DNA of 31,108 nt from a virus (taxonomy: Duplodnaviria; Caudoviricetes). Each line of letters starts with the position of its first letter. Within the stretch, counting starts at the first letter, position 1. The notes under the pieces were generated by a model. The model saw only the letters and a program-made list of their open reading frames with translations. It was not told where the DNA came from and did no database searches. Shown piece by piece: positions 24,527 through 31,108 of this stretch. The DNA is taken from IMG/VR virus record IMGVR_UViG_3300025168_000388, positions 1-31,108 of that record; one strand, given 5' to 3'. The position numbers and the translations under genes are program-made.

Positions 24527-26742
24527 GTTGGTTCATTTAAAAGTTCAAAAGATGTTTCACCACTTTGTAGTTTAGTAGACATTTTATTTATTGTGTAAGC
24601 TCTTGTTCCTACTACAATCAAATCATCTAAGCTTAAAGTGAGCAAAACTTTTAAAGGCAATACAGCAGAGAACTTAAATATTCTTGTTCTCTTATTAAAT
24701 ACTCTTAGTATGTAGTTTTGATAATATGTTTGAAATAAGCTGTTGTTGTTACCACTATAATCAGTTAGTGTATAGGTGTTTATTTCACTACCAAAGTTTA
24801 AGTTGTAAGTTGGTGGTGTTGAAGCTGTACCTAATTCATTACAAACACTTGGAATCCAATAATCATCTAAAGAAGAATTTGTTCCAGTTGGACATAAAGC
24901 ACCATATGTTTCAGGCCTCGTGCTATCTAAAAAATTAATTGATGTAGCTGCGTTATTTTGATAGATACCATAAAATAAAAGTGGTTGCCCTATATTTGGA
25001 CTTAAATTAGTATCTAAGAAACTTCCAACTTGAACTGTAGTTAAAGCACCACTTGTTTTATCTTGCAACCTTTCAAATAGCATATGTTCAAAAGGAAGAT
25101 TTATTTGATAAATACTTTTCTTACTTACATCAGTTACATAATTTAGTTCTCCATACTTTTGGTTATTTAATAATTGAAACTGCTCTGCCAGTATGCTTTT
25201 TGGTTCTGAGTATTCAAAATCTACTTCACTAAATGGTATCACATCACAAACAGTATGTTCATCTGTTTTTACATATTGTGTTATATCTTGAGTATCTCCA
25301 CTAGCATAATAACTATCTAAGGTTTTAACAACTATCTCATTATTAAAATCAATAAAAGCAGTTAAATTAAATTGTCTAAATAAACCATTTAAAAAGTCTT
25401 TAAGCTTTAGTTTAGGCATCTGTTCAGTAACAACTACCAATTTATCTTGTGGTGTTAATGTTGTTGAATTACTTGTGAATGTTGCACTCCAATTAAAACT
25501 TAATACAGACCCATCAAAATTGTTAAAACTAAAATCTCTTGTAATTGTAAATTTAGATTGAAATTGTATTGAAGATTCTGACATTAACCTACCAACAAAA
25601 TCATTACCATTAGGATTAAAAGAAATTAAAGAAGCTATATCTAAACCATTAGCACCACCAATTGTTAATACAACAGAACTTGTGCCACTTTGATTTTCTA
25701 CTTTTGCGAATGACTCCCAATTATTAGCTCGCACTATTTCTAAACTATATTCAACTGATGTAAACCCACTTGCTGGAGTTACTTCAAAAGTTATGGTAGT
25801 AACATCTGTATCAGGCCCAAAATTCGAGTTCCATTTATATATGCCAGTATTTAAAGTGAAGTAACCTGTAAAACCAGCAGTACTTGTTAACTCTGCACAG
25901 TTTGAACCGCTACAAGTGTAAATATCACTATTGCCAATCCAAGTTCCAGCAGTAGCCATTTTTCCTTTTTCTCTATGTAACCATAAATACAAATTATTCA
26001 TAGCAGCAGAATCAAAAAATTCACCAGTTTTAAAAGTTATGTTGTATTGTTCTTCAATAGCTTTTATAATATTCTTAACTGTAACTGCTGGTTTTAAATC
26101 CTCAGGAACAACACCTCTTCTTTGATGCTGTGAAGAATGTGTGCTAATATTTAGACCAGTGTCCATATTATTAGTGCCATCATAAATATAACTTTGTGAG
26201 TGTGCTATTAATGGGTATATTATTGCATCGTTATAAGCTACAGAATCTACAGTAAAATTTAAACCATTCTCTAAACCATCTTTAACATTAGTAGCTGTTG
26301 CACTATGATTAAATTCATTTAACCAAACTAAATCAGAAAGTTCATCTTCATTAATAGCATTTTTAAAAGTTGTTGTGCTTCCAAAGAATGTTACCTTATA
26401 CATAGAAGGTTCTCCAAACTTCATAACAACTTCATTCAATTGTATTTTACCAAATCTAAAATGTAAATGATTTAATTCAATTCTTGACTCACAAAAAACA
26501 CTTGAATCAAAACCATCAATGTCTGGATTATACCAATGTTTAAAAATCTTGTTATTTGTTTTACTTGCTGGTAGATTAAATGTTCTACTGTAATCTGTAA
26601 ATATTTTTTCTATATCATTTACATCTTGTATAACTTGAGTTAGTTCAATTAAATCTTCTTCCATTAAATCAACTCTAACAAAGTCTTGTTCAGTTGTTGT
26701 GTTTCTTAACTGTGGCTGTATGTATAGAATAATTTTCTGCAC
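24523..26742 (-). CDS. Tail tip/baseplate hub protein
   Basis: 739 aa; FTDYSRTFNLPASKTNNKIF N-terminus; position among tail genes. Confidence 0.65.
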   Translation of the reverse strand: MQKIILYIQPQLRNTTTEQDFVRVDLMEEDLIELTQVIQDVNDIEKIFTDYSRTFNLPASKTNNKIFKHWYNPDIDGFDSSVFCESRIELNHLHFRFGKIQLNEVVMKFGEPSMYKVTFFGSTTTFKNAINEDELSDLVWLNEFNHSATATNVKDGLENGLNFTVDSVAYNDAIIYPLIAHSQSYIYDGTNNMDTGLNISTHSSQHQRRGVVPEDLKPAVTVKNIIKAIEEQYNITFKTGEFFDSAAMNNLYLWLHREKGKMATAGTWIGNSDIYTCSGSNCAELTSTAGFTGYFTLNTGIYKWNSNFGPDTDVTTITFEVTPASGFTSVEYSLEIVRANNWESFAKVENQSGTSSVVLTIGGANGLDIASLISFNPNGNDFVGRLMSESSIQFQSKFTITRDFSFNNFDGSVLSFNWSATFTSNSTTLTPQDKLVVVTEQMPKLKLKDFLNGLFRQFNLTAFIDFNNEIVVKTLDSYYASGDTQDITQYVKTDEHTVCDVIPFSEVDFEYSEPKSILAEQFQLLNNQKYGELNYVTDVSKKSIYQINLPFEHMLFERLQDKTSGALTTVQVGSFLDTNLSPNIGQPLLFYGIYQNNAATSINFLDSTRPETYGALCPTGTNSSLDDYWIPSVCNELGTASTPPTYNLNFGSEINTYTLTDYSGNNNSLFQTYYQNYILRVFNKRTRIFKFSAVLPLKVLLTLSLDDLIVVGTRAYTINKMSTKLQSGETSFELLNEPT

Positions 26743-27881
26743 TATCTAATGTTGTTTACTAAACTGAAAGATTTATCAAAACTCATTGTGTAATTTATTA
26801 GTCTATCGTTTAGACCTGTTTTTTTAGCAAATGAGCTTTCTTTTAAATTGACTGGAAATATGTTAGCACTTGAATCTGTTAGCCAGATATATTCACTAAC
26901 CATTAATTCTTCAAAATAAGGATTCATTAATTCGTTAACATATCCAGTATTTAAAACAATAGATTCTGTAGCGTTTGCATTGAAAGTTTTCTTTGCGTGT
27001 GCTGTTGTAGAATATAGGTTGTATTCTGTTGTAACTCTACAAGGGTCGTTAGGTTCATTAGGTGGGTTTGTAGTTACTCTTCTTGCTTCAAAAATACTTC
27101 TATTAAAGTTTTCTCTAGTTGCTTCTAAGCTTTCGCTAGACTTCTTAAAAAAGAATAAATCTTGTAAAGCTCCCCATCTGTTAACAAATGTTATTTTATT
27201 TACTGGATATTTACACTCTTCAATTCTTGTTGTGTAAATAGTTACAAAACTTGTTGTGTCATAAGTTAATTTAACTCTTGCAACATCTTTAATATCTGTA
27301 TTAGTAAATTGAGCAAATTGAATTTTTTGATTTTGATTACCATTATCTGTAAAAGTATCTGTTCCAACATTAATACCATTGCTTGCTATCCAATCAACTT
27401 GACTTACTCTTTCAACATTTATTGGTATTGTTAGTGTGCTGCCTTTATGATATTCAAAATGTGTTCCTGTTATCATTGCAATAGGTTCTGTTGTGTAGTT
27501 AACACCATCTTTAAATTTGTTAAAACCTTCTTGAGCTAAGTAATTATTTGAAGCTACTGAACCAATTATGGTTCCATCTGCTTCTCTTGCTGATGTTGCA
27601 ACAGTTACCCAAATAGAAGATTTAGCAGCAGCATAAGTTCCTGTAAATATTTGTTCTATATGGTCGTTAACTATTTCACTAATATCAAATGAAACAGAAT
27701 CTTCTGTTCCTAATGGTTTTTTTTGTAGTGAATAAGATGCTGTTAAATTATCACAAGGGTCTTGAGTGTTTTCTAATCCACCAAATACAGTTATGTTAAT
27801 TTGAAAGTAACTAAGGTTAACACTTGTTTCTTGTGGTGTTCTTATAAAATATGGGCTTCTTGTTCTTATTATTGTACTCAT
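26742..27881 (-). CDS. Tail protein (distal-tail-like, putative)
   Basis: 379 aa; RSPY N-terminus, ITFVNRWGALQ and LNTGY motifs; tail module. Confidence 0.6.
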   Translation of the reverse strand: MSTIIRTRSPYFIRTPQETSVNLSYFQINITVFGGLENTQDPCDNLTASYSLQKKPLGTEDSVSFDISEIVNDHIEQIFTGTYAAAKSSIWVTVATSAREADGTIIGSVASNNYLAQEGFNKFKDGVNYTTEPIAMITGTHFEYHKGSTLTIPINVERVSQVDWIASNGINVGTDTFTDNGNQNQKIQFAQFTNTDIKDVARVKLTYDTTSFVTIYTTRIEECKYPVNKITFVNRWGALQDLFFFKKSSESLEATRENFNRSIFEARRVTTNPPNEPNDPCRVTTEYNLYSTTAHAKKTFNANATESIVLNTGYVNELMNPYFEELMVSEYIWLTDSSANIFPVNLKESSFAKKTGLNDRLINYTMSFDKSFSLVNNIR

Positions 27882-28357
27882 TGTAAATCTAATTTATCTT
27901 CTAAATAACCAGCAACTATTTCATCTCCGTATAAATCTAAACCACGTTCAAAAGGTTTTGTAAAAAATAATGTTGCTCTAATACCTTTGTTTTTAATACT
28001 TCTTGCAATTAAGAAATTAAGTGATTGCCTACTTACAAACCTACCTTGTTTATCTCTTGGTGCTATACCTTTTCTAATACTCCACTTATCAAATACTGAA
28101 CTTGGTGGTTGTTTAGTTGTGTATCTAAATGGACTTGAAGAGCTTTCTGGATATGTTGATTTAGAACCTTTAACACCTTTGTCTATAAACTCGCCATACT
28201 TCTCGCTAAGGAACGAAATTTTATCTCCTTGTATTTTATACTCTAAACTATTATATAGTTGCTTAGAAGCGTTGTTTTTCTTTTTAGTAAGGTTGCTTCT
28301 TGACTGTTGTATAACGTACTTAGCGTATTTCTCTAATGCTTTTTTAAATTCACTCAT
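27878..28357 (-). CDS. Tail completion/neck protein (HK97 gp10-like, putative)
   Basis: Basic 159-aa protein: LYNSL, YGEFIDKG, IARSI..KGI...FF. Confidence 0.6.
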   Translation of the reverse strand: MSEFKKALEKYAKYVIQQSRSNLTKKKNNASKQLYNSLEYKIQGDKISFLSEKYGEFIDKGVKGSKSTYPESSSSPFRYTTKQPPSSVFDKWSIRKGIAPRDKQGRFVSRQSLNFLIARSIKNKGIRATLFFTKPFERGLDLYGDEIVAGYLEDKLDLQ

Positions 28358-28812
28358 TAGCAGTAAGTCATTTCATCATTAGTACCAGCATCAAAAGTAA
28401 CAGCCCAACCGCAAAGCATATTGTCAAAACGCTCTGTGAAAGGTTCACAAGTAGCTGAATTAATTAACTCAAATTTATCTTTGTATAAATCACTCTTTTG
28501 TAAAACTCTAATAACTCTTGTTGCTAATGCAAGTTGAGTATTTAATATATCTTGCCTGTTATCGTTACCTCTATATAAATCTGTTACTTGTTCATTGCTA
28601 ACATCTACTAAATCCATAAAGAAGATAGTGATATTAAATGTTATATAATTGTTGTTTATTGTACTGTTATTTACCATTACGTGAGATAGTGGAAACAAAC
28701 TCTGCTTCTTTAAATCAATATCAGCTATATCACCAAATGTTATTTCGTTGTTAAATGGTTCTGCAACAATTACTTCTTTTATTTTATCTATTATATTGTA
28801 AAAACTGTTCAT
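28357..28812 (-). CDS. Tail terminator protein (putative)
   Basis: 151 aa; FPLSHV...CEPFTERF...GW pattern; adjacent to the neck gene. Confidence 0.6.
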   Translation of the reverse strand: MNSFYNIIDKIKEVIVAEPFNNEITFGDIADIDLKKQSLFPLSHVMVNNSTINNNYITFNITIFFMDLVDVSNEQVTDLYRGNDNRQDILNTQLALATRVIRVLQKSDLYKDKFELINSATCEPFTERFDNMLCGWAVTFDAGTNDEMTYC

Positions 28813-29075
28813 ACTACTTTTATATATCTTGGTGTGTGTTCTCCTAAATCTTGATTTATAAATTCATCTAAGTCATCAATAGCATTATCAAAATCCATAT
28901 TATCTCTTTGTATTAATAAATCTAAACATATCCAATAATCATAAATAGCTTGCACTGGATTGTTAGCTGTAATACCTAAAAATGCTTCTTCAAAGCCATC
29001 AACTAAAATTATGTGTTCATTCTCAATTAATAAATTGCGTTCTGTTAATTCTTCTAATATATCATCTTTTGTCAT
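28809..29075 (-). CDS. Small acidic hypothetical protein
   Basis: 88 aa; DGFEEAFLG...AIYDY...GEHTP; ATG overlaps the stop of the -1 frame product. Confidence 0.7.
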   Translation of the reverse strand: MTKDDILEELTERNLLIENEHIILVDGFEEAFLGITANNPVQAIYDYWICLDLLIQRDNMDFDNAIDDLDEFINQDLGEHTPRYIKVV

Positions 29076-29329
29076 CGTTGGCTTCTTTTTAATATCTGTT
29101 GTTCTAATTCATATTTATCTTTTTCAAATGCTAAGTGCATTAAACAGGTGTGTAATTTTGATTTGGTAATTTCATTGTGTTTGAGAATGTCTCCATTAGT
29201 AAGTCCATAGATAGATTGATACCACCCCCATTTTGCAGAGAATCCCGCAGATGCTGAGGAAGCTCTATCTCCTGTTGCGTTGCTAAATAGTTCAGGATAG
29301 TTTTCTGTAATTCGTTCTTTAAACTGTAA
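29072..29329 (-). CDS. -1 frameshift extension of the tail assembly chaperone (85 aa; fused product ~246 aa)
   Basis: Open -1 frame LQFKERITENYPELF...KWGWYQSIYGL...CLMHLAFEKDK...SQR begins at the T_TTT_TTT site; no upstream start codon of its own; ends in an ATGA overlap. Confidence 0.8.
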   Translation of the reverse strand, partial: LQFKERITENYPELFSNATGDRASSASAGFSAKWGWYQSIYGLTNGDILKHNEITKSKLHTCLMHLAFEKDKYELEQQILKRSQR

Positions 29330-29811
29330 AAAAAAACAAGAGAACCAAATACAATATCTAAAGTTACTTCTGACATATCGTATTTTTCAGCACTATCATA
29401 ATCTTCTATTAAATACTGTTTCTTCTTCTTGTAAGTTATTGGTCTATATAAAACACCTATTGCTTTGTTCATTAAATCCCAATCAGCTAAGTAAGTATCT
29501 AAATCTACATATTCACCAAATGATATATCATCCAGCTTTGGTATGAATGCAAACTCTTTATCGTTTAAAGTAAACCTATCTATAAACTTAGGTTCGTTAT
29601 TAAATAGTTTTGATAGTTCTTCGCAGATGTTGTTGATATCAGTAGCTTTTATTTGTAACACATTCTTAAGTGGTATATTACAAAATATTTCTACCATCTT
29701 TTGTTGTAGAAACGAATCCAGTTCTTTACCCTCAGCAATCTTTAACCACTTTTGGTATTGCTTTAAAGTAACCTCATTAAGAGTTTCTGGTATGTTAATT
29801 GTTAGTTTCAT
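29140..29811 (-). CDS. Tail assembly chaperone-like protein (gpG analogue, zero-frame product)
   Basis: 223 aa; contains the slippery run GTT TTT TTT TAC; first gene of the tail operon. Confidence 0.65.
   Translation of the reverse strand: MKLTINIPETLNEVTLKQYQKWLKIAEGKELDSFLQQKMVEIFCNIPLKNVLQIKATDINNICEELSKLFNNEPKFIDRFTLNDKEFAFIPKLDDISFGEYVDLDTYLADWDLMNKAIGVLYRPITYKKKKQYLIEDYDSAEKYDMSEVTLDIVFGSLVFFYSLKNELQKTILNYLATQQEIELPQHLRDSLQNGGGINLSMDLLMETFSNTMKLPNQNYTPV
29329..29335 (-). other. Slippery heptamer T_TTT_TTT for programmed -1 ribosomal frameshifting
   Basis: Nine-T run (plus-strand A 29328-29336) correctly phased as X_XXY_YYZ. Confidence 0.78.
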
Positions 29812-29816
29812 TTATA

Positions 29817-29847
29817 TATAAACGTTTAAATTAGTGAATCGTTATAT
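29817..29847 (-). promoter_or_regulatory. Putative phage late promoter, copy 3 (ATATAAC-N13-AAACGTTTATA), upstream of the tail operon
   Basis: Intergenic, ends 5 nt before ATG 29811; flanks also closely match the copy at 1817-1847. Confidence 0.8.
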
Positions 29848-29855
29848 ACAAATAT

Positions 29856-29895
29856 AAAAAAAAGTAGGCAATGCTCTTTTGCAAATACCTACTTT
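29856..29895 (-). terminator. Intrinsic terminator ahead of the late promoter
   Basis: AAAGTAGG...CCTACTTT stem followed by a T-run. Confidence 0.75.
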
Positions 29896-29960
29896 AAACC
29901 AAAACATAAATTTTAAATCAAGACTTTAACTAAACGTATTCAGAAAGTTGTTTATTATTT
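29856..29960 (-). ncRNA. Candidate ~100-nt small RNA
   Basis: Segment with no convincing ORF between a TATATTTG -7 box (29966-29973) and a terminator; contains UGUUUUGGUUU complementary to two early-gene leaders. Confidence 0.4.
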
Positions 29961-29975
29961 ATAATCAAATATAAT

Positions 29976-30002
29976 AAAAAAAAGCTACCTATTACAGTAG
30001 CT
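29976..30002 (-). terminator. Intrinsic terminator overlapping the stop of the Zn-finger ORF
   Basis: AGCTAC-N8-GTAGCT followed by a T-run. Confidence 0.7.
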
Positions 30003-30182
30003 CTTTAAAAAGAAAGTATATTTCTTATCTATTGACCATTTGTGAGGATACATATATTTTTCAGCTACTGCTAAAAACTTACCACAACTGTTACAAAATA
30101 TTTCTGTGTCATCATTTACCTCTTTTATGTTTGGCAAATTTTGTGGTTTTGCCTCTATACATATATTACATTTTACTTTCAT
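29985..30182 (-). CDS. Small zinc-ribbon protein (CxxC...CxxC)
   Basis: CNIC and CNSC pairs; AAAACCAAAACAA leader. Confidence 0.65.
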   Translation of the reverse strand: MKVKCNICIEAKPQNLPNIKEVNDDTEIFCNSCGKFLAVAEKYMYPHKWSIDKKYTFFLKSYCNR

Positions 30183-30245
30183 TTGTTTTGGTTTTAATTT
30201 CTGAGCACTTACGCTAAGATAACTCGGCTGGCTCTTAGTATTTTT

Positions 30246-30458
30246 TTATTTTAAATCTCCATTACTGTGCCAAAAAGTTTTATCTAATCTTTCTATTATC
30301 CATTTGAACCTTGTATTTTCATTTTCTTCTTCTTGCATATTTGCAAGCATAGGAGCTTCTTGCATTGCTTTTGTATTTGCTTTTATTTTATCCTCTAACA
30401 TACTAATAAATAGTAATGCTTCTTGTGATGTCATTGATACTTTTTTAAAATCTATCAT
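30246..30458 (-). CDS. Hypothetical early protein
   Basis: 70 aa; downstream of a host-type promoter with an AAAACCAAAACAAATATT leader. Confidence 0.7.
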   Translation of the reverse strand: MIDFKKVSMTSQEALLFISMLEDKIKANTKAMQEAPMLANMQEEENENTRFKWIIERLDKTFWHSNGDLK

Positions 30459-30489
30459 AATATTTGTTTTGGTTTTTTTAATTACAATG

Positions 30490-30520
30490 CTAATATATAA
30501 ATATATTTATAAACTACAAA
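30490..30520 (-). promoter_or_regulatory. Bacteroidota primary-sigma-type promoter TTTG-N19-TATATTAG
   Basis: Matches the -33 TTTG / -7 TAnnTTTG consensus with one mismatch and a 19-nt spacer. Confidence 0.7.
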
Positions 30521-30552
30521 ATATTTTAAACTTTTTTTTATTTTTCTTATAT

Positions 30553-30609
30553 ATCTTATCTTTTCTTATCTTATCTAAATGCTTGAGGGTGGCTTAAGCG
30601 TGGCTTCAA
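30553..30609. repeat. Second origin-like element: (TCTTW)n tract plus GCTTGAG/GCTTAAG/GCTTCAA boxes at 11-bp period
   Basis: 39/47 ungapped identity with 5311-5357; lies just downstream of the terL stop. Confidence 0.6.
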
Positions 30610-31108
30610 TAAATGTGATATTCTCCTAAGTTTGGATTCTGTAATTGGTAACTAACTGCATACCTCAAAGCATCTATAGCGTGATTAAAATTATCTACTG
30701 GTGTTTGTGATTTCTTTTCTAACCAACAATAGTTATTTAACTCTTTAATTAATTCTGTACTATCTTCAGTAATTACTAAATCATAATCTTGTAGTAAACT
30801 AATACCAAACGTAATACTTCCTTGACCTTTAATTGCTGGTACTACATTACAATCTCTACTTAGTTCTGTTATTAATCTTGGTTCTGCTGAATCACCTACT
30901 ATTAAATTATCTGCTGCAAACTTTTTATTCAATTGTAATATCTCGCTTGTAGTTAATTTAGTTTGGTAGAAACATAGTTGTATATAGATAACTTTATTTT
31001 CTTTATCTATGCTTGTTTTAACTAATGTTGAGGGGTCATTGCTAAAACCATAATCTTGGCCATAAACTACTTTACCTACTTGCTTAAATTCTCCTATACT
31101 CCAATCAG
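30606..31108 (-). CDS. terL: Terminase large subunit, C-terminal nuclease part (joins 1-779 across the junction)
   Basis: GQDYGFSNDP, DSAEP and NHAIDALRYA motifs; in frame with 779 after removing the 70-bp overlap. Confidence 0.93.
   Translation of the reverse strand, partial: DWSIGEFKQVGKVVYGQDYGFSNDPSTLVKTSIDKENKVIYIQLCFYQTKLTTSEILQLNKKFAADNLIVGDSAEPRLITELSRDCNVVPAIKGQGSITFGISLLQDYDLVITEDSTELIKELNNYCWLEKKSQTPVDNFNHAIDALRYAVSYQLQNPNLGEYHIY
31039..31108. repeat. 70-bp terminal direct repeat, right copy
   Basis: Identical to 1-70. Confidence 0.97.

Noticed and set aside
286-30597. All plus-strand ORFs in the track (e.g. 286-618, 16841-17251, 20711-21145, 23005-23937, 27987-28382)
   Set aside because: They are antisense shadows of well-supported minus-strand genes, Ser/Leu/Phe-rich, with no motifs or leaders
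1-31108. CRISPR array, tRNA/rRNA genes, integrase, alternative genetic code
   Set aside because: No regularly spaced repeat-spacer array or cloverleaf seen in the short intergenic gaps; no recombinase motifs; standard-code ORFs tile the genome and all three stop codons are used

Overview
The window is an apparently complete, circularly assembled ~31,038-bp AT-rich tailed dsDNA phage genome. Bases 1-70 equal 31039-31108, and terL runs in frame across that junction. It is most likely a siphovirus of marine Bacteroidota/Flavobacteriales: it has TTTG-N19-TAnnTTnG-type promoters, A-rich leaders without Shine-Dalgarno sites, and T9SS-adhesin-like Ig repeats. Essentially every real gene is on the minus strand. 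The early/replication block encodes an RHH regulator, putative annealing protein, RecE-like exonuclease, SSB, DUF1376-like initiator, DnaB-like helicase, two orphan DNA methyltransferases, a resolvase and a sigma-like factor. This is followed by terS/terL, a small moron-like island, tail genes, tape measure, protease/scaffold/capsid, tail tube, portal, adaptor, two LamG/Ig fibre genes, lysis genes and a metallophosphoesterase. No integrase, polymerase, tRNA or CRISPR was seen. Signals the ORF track does not show: (1) an ECF-like bipartite late promoter ATATAAC-N13-AA(A/G)CGTTTATA in three copies ahead of the packaging, tail and capsid modules, one inside the phage sigma gene; (2) a -1 frameshift at T_TTT_TTT giving a hidden 85-aa extension with ~62 dual-coded codons; (3) two terminator-adjacent non-coding segments antisense to translation-start regions of early genes, a candidate antisense 'anti-leader' shut-off system; (4) a second, intergenic copy of the iteron-like segment of the initiator gene; (5) conserved DNA boxes at LamG domain starts; (6) apparent absence of GATC. 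All functional calls come from motif reading, not database searches.
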